Part shown: piece after piece, positions 28,711 through 37,650 of the stretch
How the letters are laid out: each line of letters begins with the position of its first letter
Position numbering within the stretch: the first letter of the stretch is position 1
Assembly (NCBI GenBank): GCA_031970695.1
Contig: DALYHW010000001.1
Location: forward strand, 1-48,229
DNA length: 48,229 nucleotides
Reading direction: 5' to 3'
Source of the DNA: Hylemonella sp.
GTDB lineage: Bacteria > Pseudomonadota > Gammaproteobacteria > Burkholderiales > Burkholderiaceae_C
Notes under the pieces: model-generated
The model's database searches: none
Seen by the model: the letters and a program-made list of their open reading frames with translations, nothing else
What the model was told of the DNA's origin: nothing
Made by a program: the position numbers and the translations under genes

Positions 28711-28902
28711 ATGGACAACAAGCCAGCACTCACCATCCCCGGTCTGGAAACGGTCTACGACACACTTGCGACCGCCATCGACCAGGCCGGCCCCGAGAAA
28801 GCCGAACTCTTCCTCGTCAAGCTGGCGCTGCTGAATGCGAATGCGCTGGCCGATCCGGCCGTCTTCGCCGCGCACGTGCAGCGCGCGCTGCAGGACCTCT
28901 AG
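28711..28902 (+). CDS. DUF2783 small protein
   Basis: YDTLATAID...LFLVKLALL; 9 nt after the monooxygenase with GAGGA RBS. Confidence 0.82.
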   Translation: MDNKPALTIPGLETVYDTLATAIDQAGPEKAELFLVKLALLNANALADPAVFAAHVQRALQDL

Positions 28903-29169
28903 GGGGCTGTTAACACTAATTTCTCAAGATGCGTTGCGGATCAAAAAGGCCATGCGGTAGGCGTCGTGGACGCCGCCGGGGTCATCCCCCGGAAAGTCCG
29001 CGCAACACCCCGCATGGCCTTTTTAGCCGCAACCCAAAGGGAACGGGGTGCACACGGCGCCACTCGTTGTTGCACTCCTCACCCAGACGCCCGTCTGGGC
29101 TTCGTCGCGCGCCTAGATTGGCACCGTTTGCACCCCGTTCGCAATCGAGAAATTAGTATTAACAGCCCC
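28903..29169. mobile_element. Non-autonomous MITE (267 bp)
   Basis: 23-bp terminal inverted repeats with 22/23 match (GGGGCTGTTAAC/TACTAATTTCTC), flanked by TAG direct repeats (28900-28902, 29170-29172); two long internal stems; no transposase. Confidence 0.88.
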
Positions 29170-29861
29170 TAGACCCGGCCGCGCACCGGGATCAGTGCCC
29201 CGGTCACAGCGGCCGCGGCATCCTGCAGCAGGAAGGCGATCACCGCTGCCAGCTGGGCCGGCTGCACCCAGCGGCTGAAGTCGGCCTGCGGTATGTCGAC
29301 GCGGTTGGCCGGCGTGTCCAGGATGCTGGGCAATACGGCGTTGACCGTGATGCCCTGGTCTTTCAGTTCCTCGGCCAGCGCTTCGGTCAGGCGCGCCACG
29401 CCGGCCTTGGATGCCGCGTAGGCGCCCATGCCCTGCGCGGCCTGCTGCGAGGCCAGCGCGCCCACGTTGACGATGCGGCCCTGCGCGCTCTGGCGCAGAT
29501 GGGGCAGCGCCGCCTGCGATGCCAGCAGGGCAGTGCGCAGGTTCATCTGGTGCATCGCATCCCAGGTGTCCACACTGCCGCTGCCGACGAGTTCCCAGCG
29601 GAACCCGCCCGCGACGTTGACCAGGCCGTCGAGTCCGCCCAGCCCTGCCGCCACCTGGGCAAAGGCCGCGTTCGCGGACGCGGCATCGGACAGTTCCACA
29701 CCCCCCAGCGCGAGCTCACAGGGCGGCAGGGCCGCCGGCGCGGGCGCCTTGTCCAGCAGCGCGACGCGCGCACCCTGCCCGGCCAGCACCCCTGCCACAG
29801 CACGCCCCAGCGCGCCAAAACCGCCCGTCACTGCCACGCGTTTGCCCGCCAGCGTTGTCAT
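29169..29861 (-). CDS. Short-chain dehydrogenase/reductase
   Basis: TGGFGALG, NVAGG, YAASK; AGGAG RBS before ATG 29861. Confidence 0.92.
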   Translation of the reverse strand: MTTLAGKRVAVTGGFGALGRAVAGVLAGQGARVALLDKAPAPAALPPCELALGGVELSDAASANAAFAQVAAGLGGLDGLVNVAGGFRWELVGSGSVDTWDAMHQMNLRTALLASQAALPHLRQSAQGRIVNVGALASQQAAQGMGAYAASKAGVARLTEALAEELKDQGITVNAVLPSILDTPANRVDIPQADFSRWVQPAQLAAVIAFLLQDAAAAVTGALIPVRGRV

Positions 29862-29914
29862 GGTGTCTCCTTGCGATGCGTCTGCTGCGGGCATTGTGCC
29901 AGCCGCATGCAGCC

Positions 29915-30424
29915 TCAGCGGGCAGACGGCTCGTCATCGGTCCCGAGGGACTGCACCTCGGCCGCGTAAGTCGCCAGAGGGCCGTAAAGCAGCGCCGCCG
30001 CTTCGGCCCCGATCTCGCGCTGCAGCTCGCGCTCGGCCTGGCGCAGGGCACGGCCGAAGGCCTGCAGCCATTTCCGGCCCGCCTCGGTGAAACAGACACG
30101 CCGCACGCGGCCATCGGCCGGATCGGGTTCGCGCAAAACCAGCCCCAATCGCTCGCACTGGTCCACCAGCTCGGTCATGGCGGCATTGGTCATGCGCGCG
30201 CGACGCGCGAGCTCGGTGATGCGCGTGCCCTCCAGATCCAGATGGCGCGTGAGGTTCACGTGCGACAGCCGGGTCTCGGTGTAACCGGCACGCGCCAGCA
30301 GCGCCAGCACCCGGCCCTCGAAGCGCACCAGTGCATCACCCAGGATGCGGCCGGCATTGTGCCGGCGCCATTGCTGCGCCGGGCGCGGCGCCGGCAGGGG
30401 CTTGCGTTTTGGGGCGGCGCTCAT
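29915..30424 (-). CDS. MarR family regulator
   Basis: ITELARRA...ELVDQCERLGLV...DPADGR. Confidence 0.9.
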   Translation of the reverse strand: MSAAPKRKPLPAPRPAQQWRRHNAGRILGDALVRFEGRVLALLARAGYTETRLSHVNLTRHLDLEGTRITELARRARMTNAAMTELVDQCERLGLVLREPDPADGRVRRVCFTEAGRKWLQAFGRALRQAERELQREIGAEAAALLYGPLATYAAEVQSLGTDDEPSAR

Positions 30425-30428
30425 GATA

Positions 30429-30443
30429 CTTAGGTTACCTAAG
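30429..30443. promoter_or_regulatory. Palindromic operator (likely bound by the adjacent MarR)
   Basis: Perfect 7-1-7 palindrome CTTAGGT-T-ACCTAAG in the 36-bp divergent gap. Confidence 0.7.
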
Positions 30444-30460
30444 CAAATAAAGAGTGAGAC

Positions 30461-32176
30461 ATGACGCGAGCATTATCGACCGGCATTGGCGCGGCCGGCA
30501 GCCCCCCCCTGCACACGGACGTGCTGATTGCCGGTGGCGGCCCCTGCGGGCTGATGCTCGCGCTGGAGCTGGGCAAGCGCGGCATCCCTTGCCTGCTGGT
30601 GGAAACCAAGCCGGGCACCGCCTTCAACCCGCAGGCCAACGCCACCCAGGCGCGGACCATGGAGCATTTCCGCCGTCATGGTTTTGCCGACGAAATCCGC
30701 GCCCAGGGCCTGCCCGCGGACCACCCGACCGACATCGCCTACTTCACGCGCTACTGCGGCCACGAGCTGGCGCGCCTGCAACTGCCCACCGCCGCCCAGG
30801 CCACGCAGGCCATCCGTACCCTGGGCGGCTCCTGGAGTGCGGCCGAGCTGCCGCACCGCGTCTCGCAAAAATTCGTCGAGGCGACACTGTTGCAGCATGT
30901 GCGCCGACAGGCCTGTGTGAGCCTGCGGCACGGCTGGCAGCTGGAACACTTCGAGGACACGGGGGACGCTGTGCAGGGCCGCATCCGCCCCGTCAGCGGC
31001 GGCGAACCCGTTCCCGTGCAGGCGCGCTACCTGGTCGGTGCCGACGGCGCACGCAGCTTCGTGCGCCAGCAGCTGGGCATCGCCTGGGGCGGCGCCACCG
31101 GCTTCAAGCGTGACTTCATGGGCGGCAAGATGTTTGCCGTCTACCTGCGCGCGCCGTCCTTCTACGACGTGATGCCGCATGCGCGAGCCTGGATGTACGT
31201 GTCCTTCAACGCGCAGCGGCGCGCCTTCATGGCCACAGTGGACGGCCGTGGCGAATTCGCCTTTCACGCGGCCATCCATGAGGGCGAGGACGCCGACGCC
31301 TGGACCGCCGACGACGCGCGTCGCATCTTTGCCGAGGCGCTCGGCCGCGAGATCCCGATCGAGGTGCTGTCCGTGCTCACCTGGACCGCGGGGCATGCCC
31401 TTGTGGCCGAACAGTTCCAGCGCGGCCGTGTCTTCATTGCGGGCGATGCGGCCCATCTGTTCACCCCCACGGGCGGCCTCGGCTACAACACCGCGGTGGA
31501 GGATGCGGTCAACCTGGGCTGGAAGCTGGCGCATGTCATCCGTGGCCAGGCGCCCGCGCACCTGCTGGACAGTTACGAGACCGAACGGCGCCCGCTGGCG
31601 CAGCGCAACACCGGCTACGCGCGCCACTTCGCGGACAGCGTGGGCCTGTACGCCGCAGTGCCCGAGCTGGAAGCCGACAGCGCCGCCGGTGCGGCAGCCC
31701 GCGCCGCCGCCAGCGCGCACCTGAACCAGCACGTGCGGCTGGAATTCAACATCCCCGGTGTCACGTTTGGTGGCCGCTACGACGGCTCCCCGCTCATCGT
31801 GGGTGACGGCAGCACGCCGCCGCCCGATGCCCCCAACAGCTACGTGCCCACAGCCTGCCCGGGCGGCCGGCCGCCGCACGCCTGGCTGGACGACGGCCGA
31901 TCGCTCTACGACAGCTTCAATTTTGAGTGGACCCTGCTCGCACTCGGGCCTGTGTCGGGCCCGGAGGCACCCGACACACACGCTTTCGAGCTCGCAGCGC
32001 AGGACGCCGGCCTGGACCTGAAGGTGGTGCGCCACACCGCGCCCGCGTTGCGCGCGCTCTACGAGGCGCCCCTGGCCCTGATCCGGCCGGACCAGATCGT
32101 GGCGTGGCGCGGCGCAACTTCCGAAGACGCTTCGACCGTGCTCAGCAGGGCACGGGGAGAGCCGTGCGCGTCTTGA
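30461..32176 (+). CDS. FAD-dependent monooxygenase (TfdB/RdmE-like phenol hydroxylase fold)
   Basis: GGGPCG, GADGARS, GDAAH...GGLGYNT, PGGRPPH, IRPDQ. Confidence 0.9.
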   Translation: MTRALSTGIGAAGSPPLHTDVLIAGGGPCGLMLALELGKRGIPCLLVETKPGTAFNPQANATQARTMEHFRRHGFADEIRAQGLPADHPTDIAYFTRYCGHELARLQLPTAAQATQAIRTLGGSWSAAELPHRVSQKFVEATLLQHVRRQACVSLRHGWQLEHFEDTGDAVQGRIRPVSGGEPVPVQARYLVGADGARSFVRQQLGIAWGGATGFKRDFMGGKMFAVYLRAPSFYDVMPHARAWMYVSFNAQRRAFMATVDGRGEFAFHAAIHEGEDADAWTADDARRIFAEALGREIPIEVLSVLTWTAGHALVAEQFQRGRVFIAGDAAHLFTPTGGLGYNTAVEDAVNLGWKLAHVIRGQAPAHLLDSYETERRPLAQRNTGYARHFADSVGLYAAVPELEADSAAGAAARAAASAHLNQHVRLEFNIPGVTFGGRYDGSPLIVGDGSTPPPDAPNSYVPTACPGGRPPHAWLDDGRSLYDSFNFEWTLLALGPVSGPEAPDTHAFELAAQDAGLDLKVVRHTAPALRALYEAPLALIRPDQIVAWRGATSEDASTVLSRARGEPCAS

Positions 32177-32305
32177 CAGTCGCCTGACCACCACAGGCGC
32201 CCCCGATTTCGTGAATTAATTGGGCCGGTGACTCATATTTTGATATCCCCAGTCGAGACACGGGCTACGATGGGCCTCGCCTGACTTCAACCCTGCCCCC
32301 GTTGA

Positions 32306-35194
32306 ATGCCTGAAATAGCAACACCGTATCTGCTGCGTGCAGATGCACGCCATCGGGATACCCTGAGCAGGGTCACAGTCCTGCTGCTGCTGCTGGCCGG
32401 TATCCAGTTCATCGCCTGGATCACGCCGGTGCCTGCTGGCGCCACTGGAGTTTCCGGCTACCTGCCGCTGCATACCCTGATGGAAACCTTCGCCATCGTG
32501 GTGGCCATGATGGTTTTTTCTGTCGGCTGGCATGCGGATCGTGCAGCGTTGTCAGGAAACGTCTTGATCCTGTCCAGTGTCTATTTTGCAGTTGGCTGGC
32601 TGGACTTCTTTCATACGGTGTCGTACCAAGGGATGCCTGACTTCGTTACGCCCAACGACCCGGACAAACATCTCAATTATTGGCTGTCAGCGCGGGTCCT
32701 GGCGTCGGTCGGTTTGCTGGTCGCGGTCGCGCTTCCTTGGCGGCCCTTGCGCCACCGGAGCACCTCGCTACTCATTCTGATTGCACTGATCGGACTCACT
32801 GCGGTCATTCATTGGGCTGTGGTGAACCACGAGGAGGATTTGCCGGTTTGGTTCATCCCTGGGCAAGGACTGACCCCGCCAAAGAAGGCTATCGAATATG
32901 CCTGTGTCGCGCTGAGCCTGGCGTCGATGGCCATACTCGGCTGGCGCATGCGCAAGCCACAGCCTTTCCCGGCCGCCATGCTGTTCGGCGCCGCCGGAGT
33001 CATGGCGATGAGCGAGATCTATTTCACGCTCTACACCACGATGACGGGCGCCTATAACGTACTCGGGCACGTTTACAAGGTGATCAGCTACCTGATCATC
33101 TACCGCGCTGTGGTCGTGGAGGCAATCGAGACTCCGTACCGGCGGTTCGTCGAATCGCAGAATGACCTGGCACTCGCCGTCAACGCCTCCAACACCGGTC
33201 TCTGGGACTGGGATATCGCAAACAACACGATCTACCTGTCGCCCATCTGGAAATCGCAGCTGGGCTACAAGGACGAGGACTTGCCCAGCGCCATCGATAC
33301 CTGGCAATCGCTGCTTCACCCGGACGACCTGCAGCCAGCTCGGGAACATCTGACGAATTTCCTGAAGCTTGCCAAAAGCGGTGACAGGCACTACCAGCAC
33401 GAATACCGCTTGCGCCACCGCGACGGCAGCTACCACTGGATCCTGTCTAGCGGAGAGCTCCAGTTCGACGCGCAAGGCCGGGCCGTCCGCCTGTCAGGCG
33501 CACACGTCGATATCACCGAAGCTCGGCGGGCCGAGGAGCATTTCCGGCTCGCCGTGGAGGCCAGCCCGATCGCCATGATCATGACCGACGGCGAAGGCCG
33601 TATCGTGCTGTCCAACCCGCAGGCGGCGCGACTTTTCGGTTACAGCAAGGCCGAACTGCTGGGGCAGCCAATCGAGATTCTGGTACCCCATGAACATCAC
33701 GCGGATCACGCGCACCGCGTCCGCGGCTACTTTCGTGACGAAGCCAATTCGCGCATGGGGCAGGGGCGGGATTTATACGGCCGGCATAAAGATGGGCAGT
33801 ACATTCCTTTGGAAGTTGGTCTGACGATGATGCGGACGGGCCGAGGCCGCCTGACCCTTGCCAATATTGTCGACCTGCGGGAAAGACAAAGAAATGAGCA
33901 ACGTATCCTCCGGCTGGCCCACTTCGACACGCTGACGGAATTGCCCAACCGCGTACTGCTTACCGACCGCGTCTCGCAGGCCATCTCCGCGGGGCGGCGC
34001 AACAGCAGCAGGATCGGCATCCTGTTCCTGGACCTGGACCATTTCAAGAACGTCAACGACACACTGGGTCACCGGGTTGGCGATCTGCTACTACTGGAAG
34101 TCAGCAAGCGCCTGCGCGAGGTGATGCGCGACCAGGACACCGTTGCACGCATGGGCGGGGATGAGTTCCTGATAGTCCTACCTGACACCGACGCTGATGG
34201 TGCAGCGCGGGTCGCCCAGAAGCTTGTGTCCAGCATCGTTCGCCCCTGCCTCATTGAGCACCACGAACTCACGGTCACGCCCTCCATCGGCATTGCCATC
34301 TTTCCGGAAGATGGCGAAGATTTCGATACCCTCTACCAGCATGCGGATACGGCCATGTACCGTGCCAAACAGGACGGACGCAATCTGTACCGATTCTTTA
34401 CCAGTGAAATGCAGACCCGTGCAGCGCGGTTGCTGCAACTGGAGACGGGGCTGCGCCAGGCACTGGACCGCAATCAGCTGACCTTGCATTACCAGCCGCA
34501 GCTGGCTCTCGAGTCGGGCCGGGTCGTTGGCGTGGAGGCGCTGTTGCGCTGGCAGCACCCCGAACTGGGCATGGTCCCACCCGCCGAATTCATTCCAATC
34601 GCCGAGAGCACAGGCCAGATCGTGCAACTTGGTGAATGGGTGCTGCGTACGAGTTGTGCCCAGCTCAAGGCCTGGATGGATCAGGGCTTTCCTGCCATCA
34701 CGATGGCCGTTAACTTGTCTTCGGTCCAGTTTCGTCAGGCAGGTCTGCCCGACCTCGTGGCCGAGGTCTTGCGCGCCACCGGCCTACCACCGAAACACCT
34801 GGAACTGGAACTGACAGAGGGTGTGGCCATGGTCGAGCCCGAGAACGCGGTACGCCTGATCGACAAACTGGGTCAAACCGGAGTTCACCTGGCGATTGAT
34901 GATTTCGGTACGGGATACTCATCGCTCAGCTACTTGCGACAGTTCAGGATCAGTCGCCTTAAGATCGACAAATCCTTCGTGCAAGACATTGACCACTCTG
35001 ACAATGTCATTGTCAATACCATCATCCGGATGGCTCAGAGCCTGGGGCTGAAAACCATCGCTGAAGGCGTCGAGACCAGCAATCAGCTGGATTACCTGCG
35101 CCAGCAGGGCTGCGATGAAATCCAGGGCTACCATTTCAGTCGCCCCCTGCCCGCGGATCAACTTGAGCACTTCGTGCGCACGCACGCAGGGTGA
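32306..35194 (+). CDS. Membrane sensor (MASE3-like)-PAS-PAS-GGDEF-EAL c-di-GMP enzyme
   Basis: LHTLME/FFHTVSY/GHVYK TM domain, GLWDWD PAS, GGDEF, EALLRW, DDFGTGYSS. Confidence 0.93.
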   Translation: MPEIATPYLLRADARHRDTLSRVTVLLLLLAGIQFIAWITPVPAGATGVSGYLPLHTLMETFAIVVAMMVFSVGWHADRAALSGNVLILSSVYFAVGWLDFFHTVSYQGMPDFVTPNDPDKHLNYWLSARVLASVGLLVAVALPWRPLRHRSTSLLILIALIGLTAVIHWAVVNHEEDLPVWFIPGQGLTPPKKAIEYACVALSLASMAILGWRMRKPQPFPAAMLFGAAGVMAMSEIYFTLYTTMTGAYNVLGHVYKVISYLIIYRAVVVEAIETPYRRFVESQNDLALAVNASNTGLWDWDIANNTIYLSPIWKSQLGYKDEDLPSAIDTWQSLLHPDDLQPAREHLTNFLKLAKSGDRHYQHEYRLRHRDGSYHWILSSGELQFDAQGRAVRLSGAHVDITEARRAEEHFRLAVEASPIAMIMTDGEGRIVLSNPQAARLFGYSKAELLGQPIEILVPHEHHADHAHRVRGYFRDEANSRMGQGRDLYGRHKDGQYIPLEVGLTMMRTGRGRLTLANIVDLRERQRNEQRILRLAHFDTLTELPNRVLLTDRVSQAISAGRRNSSRIGILFLDLDHFKNVNDTLGHRVGDLLLLEVSKRLREVMRDQDTVARMGGDEFLIVLPDTDADGAARVAQKLVSSIVRPCLIEHHELTVTPSIGIAIFPEDGEDFDTLYQHADTAMYRAKQDGRNLYRFFTSEMQTRAARLLQLETGLRQALDRNQLTLHYQPQLALESGRVVGVEALLRWQHPELGMVPPAEFIPIAESTGQIVQLGEWVLRTSCAQLKAWMDQGFPAITMAVNLSSVQFRQAGLPDLVAEVLRATGLPPKHLELELTEGVAMVEPENAVRLIDKLGQTGVHLAIDDFGTGYSSLSYLRQFRISRLKIDKSFVQDIDHSDNVIVNTIIRMAQSLGLKTIAEGVETSNQLDYLRQQGCDEIQGYHFSRPLPADQLEHFVRTHAG

Positions 35195-35245
35195 GGTGCC
35201 CCAGGGGCACTACACTTCCGCATCCTGCAAGAGTTACGTATCACC

Positions 35246-35494
35246 ATGACCGACGCCAGCGCCCGCCCCGAACTCCCCGACCACCTGTCCATCGATCCCC
35301 GCAGCAAACACTACGTGGCTGCGGTGTTCGAGCATGAGGTGGGCATCCGCTTCAATGGCAAGGAACGCGCCGATGTGGAGGAATACTGCATCAGCGAGGG
35401 CTGGATCAAGGTCCCGGCCGGCAAGACGGTGGACCGCAAGGGCAACCCGCTGATGATCAAGCTCAAGGGCACGGTCGAACCCTTCTACCGCTAG
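35246..35494 (+). CDS. DUF3297 family protein
   Basis: LPDHLSIDP, VEEYCISEGW, KLKGTVE. Confidence 0.85.
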   Translation: MTDASARPELPDHLSIDPRSKHYVAAVFEHEVGIRFNGKERADVEEYCISEGWIKVPAGKTVDRKGNPLMIKLKGTVEPFYR

Positions 35495-35495
35495 C

Positions 35496-35972
35496 TCAGG
35501 GCAGCGGCCGCCCGCTGCCCTGCCGGCCATCGGCCCGCGCCGACAGGTAGGCATAGAGGTCCAGGATGTGCACGTTCACGCGCGGCTCGTCCTGCCACGC
35601 GGGCATGGACAGGGGCGCCTCCTGGCGCTGCATGATCACTTCCACCTGTGCCTCGGCCGGGCTGCGGCCACTGCCGGCCTGGACCTGCGGCTGGTTCAGG
35701 TCATATCGCTGCAGCACCAGCCCGACGAAACGGCGTTCGCTCAGTTCACGGACGCGCGGCAGCAGGTTGGGCGCATTCGTCGTCCCCGCAGCATCGGCGC
35801 CGTGGCAACGCGCGCATTTGTCCTGGTACACGCGCCAGCCCAGGTAGAGTGAGCCAGCCGGCTGGCTCGCCTGCGCCACCTCCTGCGCGGCCTGCCGGTT
35901 TTCCCAGGTCACCGTGCAGCCTGCCAGCATCAGGGCGGCTGCGGCCGCCGCACTCCAGATTCCGTATTTCAT
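35496..35972 (-). CDS. Monoheme c-type cytochrome lipoprotein
   Basis: LAGC lipobox, CARCH, MPAW; start reassigned to 35972. Confidence 0.85.
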   Translation of the reverse strand: MKYGIWSAAAAAALMLAGCTVTWENRQAAQEVAQASQPAGSLYLGWRVYQDKCARCHGADAAGTTNAPNLLPRVRELSERRFVGLVLQRYDLNQPQVQAGSGRSPAEAQVEVIMQRQEAPLSMPAWQDEPRVNVHILDLYAYLSARADGRQGSGRPLP

Positions 35973-36097
35973 GTCTGTCCTTCCCGGTTTGGGTCCCACG
36001 CCCGGCCGCGGGGCCGGCAAACGTGATCTCACCACCATTGTCGGCCATCGGCGCTGCCCTGTACCAGCGGCGGCCGACGCGATGCAGGTCCCTTGCT

Positions 36098-36919
36098 TCA
36101 AGTCCGAGGTACGGCACCCAGCCGGCGCGACAGGCTCTCGCCCGCCTCGCGCAAGGCAAGCGCCTGCGGACTGGTGCTGCGCAGGTCCAGCATGGCAGTG
36201 GGCGCCATGGCCGCCATGGCCAGCACCAGACGCCCGAAGCCGTCGAACACCGGCACGGCCAACGCGCTGATGCCGGGCATCAACTCGTCACGCACCTTGC
36301 TCAGGCGCTCGCGCCGGATGTCGGCGAGCTCGGTTGCGAAGGCGGGGTCATCCAGCGCGCCCGCCAGACCCTGCTGGGCGAGCGCGGCCTCTACGTCCGG
36401 GCGCGGGCCGAAGGCGGCAAACACCTTGCCGGTGCCCGTGTGCCGTAGCGAGGCCAGCATGCCGTGCTGCATAGCCACGTGCACCGCCGTCGGCCCATGC
36501 TCCACGCGGATGATCACCGGCCCGGCCGAGCCCCACACCGCCGCCGAGACGGTGCAGCCCACGCGCTGCGCGAGCGCCGGCAGTTCGGCAATCGCCAGGC
36601 GCACGGGATCGACCTGCTGCAGGCTGATCAGCCCCAGCTGCATTGCCAGAGGACCCAGACCATAGTGGCCGCTCACTGCATCCTGCTCGATCAGGCCCAG
36701 CTTGCCGAAGCTCACCAGATAAGGATGGGCCTTGGCAGGGGTCATGGCCGCGGCCGCGGCGAGGTCCTTCAGCGCCATGGGCCGGCCATTGAGCGCCAGC
36801 GCCTTGAGCAGCTGCCCCCCCACTTCCACGCTCTGGATGCCGCGCGAACTGCCGCGCGCGGCGGTGGCCGGTTTGGCGGAGGCAGCGGCAGGCAGACGGG
36901 CGGGGGGACGGGTGCTCAT
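36098..36919 (-). CDS. IclR family regulator
   Basis: GIQSVEVG HTH, TGTGKVF, GISALAVPVFD. Confidence 0.92.
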   Translation of the reverse strand: MSTRPPARLPAAASAKPATAARGSSRGIQSVEVGGQLLKALALNGRPMALKDLAAAAAMTPAKAHPYLVSFGKLGLIEQDAVSGHYGLGPLAMQLGLISLQQVDPVRLAIAELPALAQRVGCTVSAAVWGSAGPVIIRVEHGPTAVHVAMQHGMLASLRHTGTGKVFAAFGPRPDVEAALAQQGLAGALDDPAFATELADIRRERLSKVRDELMPGISALAVPVFDGFGRLVLAMAAMAPTAMLDLRSTSPQALALREAGESLSRRLGAVPRT

Positions 36920-36980
36920 GCGGACGATTGTGCCGTCCGGAGTCGCCCGAATGACGTCGATTCGGGTTTCCACTTAGTCA

Positions 36981-37040
36981 AACGAATTTGGCAATAACGA
37001 ATTTCAGCGCTACCATTGCCAAATTCATTTTAGTAAAACT
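36981..37040. promoter_or_regulatory. AT-rich operator region (likely IclR)
   Basis: Perfect 12-bp inverted repeat GAATTTGGCAAT (36984-36995)/ATTGCCAAATTC (37015-37026) plus AACGAATTT direct repeat. Confidence 0.6.
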
Positions 37041-37087
37041 CATTCACGTATATGAAATTGCGTGATGAGACGGCCAGGAGCCCGACC

Positions 37088-37630
37088 ATGAAGATCGACC
37101 GCATCCACCACGTCGCCTACCGCTGCAGGGACGCCAAGGAAACCGTGGACTGGTACGTCAAGCACCTGAACATGACGTTCGTGCTGGCCATCGCCGAAGA
37201 CCAGGTGCCCTCCACCCACGCACCTGATCCCTACATGCACCTGTTCCTTGATGCGGGCCAGGGCAACATCCTCGCCTTCTTCGAACTGCCCAACTCGCCG
37301 GCCATGGGCCGCGACGAGAACACCCCGGCCTGGGTACAGCACATCGCCTTCAAGGTCGACAGCGTGCAGACGCTGGAAGAGACCAAGGCCCGGCTGCAGG
37401 CTGCCGGCATCGAGGTGGTGGGCGTGACCGACCACACCATCTTCAAGAGCATCTACTTCTTCGACCCCAATGGCCACCGCCTCGAACTGGCCGCCGACGT
37501 GGGTACACCTGACATGTACCGCAAGCTCGATGAGGTCAAGTGGGACATGCTGGACGAATGGACCCGCACCAAGCGCGCACCCAAGCACGCCGCCTGGATG
37601 CACGAAAAAGAGTTCACCGCCCTCGACTGA
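37088..37630 (+). CDS. VOC/glyoxalase family protein, possible ring-cleavage dioxygenase
   Basis: IHHVAY, QHIAF, SIYFFDPNGHRLEL; AGGAG RBS. Confidence 0.85.
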   Translation: MKIDRIHHVAYRCRDAKETVDWYVKHLNMTFVLAIAEDQVPSTHAPDPYMHLFLDAGQGNILAFFELPNSPAMGRDENTPAWVQHIAFKVDSVQTLEETKARLQAAGIEVVGVTDHTIFKSIYFFDPNGHRLELAADVGTPDMYRKLDEVKWDMLDEWTRTKRAPKHAAWMHEKEFTALD

Positions 37631-37650
37631 TCCTTGCGTCCGAGCCGCCC

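Noticed and set aside
28929..29172. Two short ORFs (75 and 68 aa) inside the MITE
   Set aside because: No RBS or transposase motifs; the sequence is explained by inverted-repeat structure
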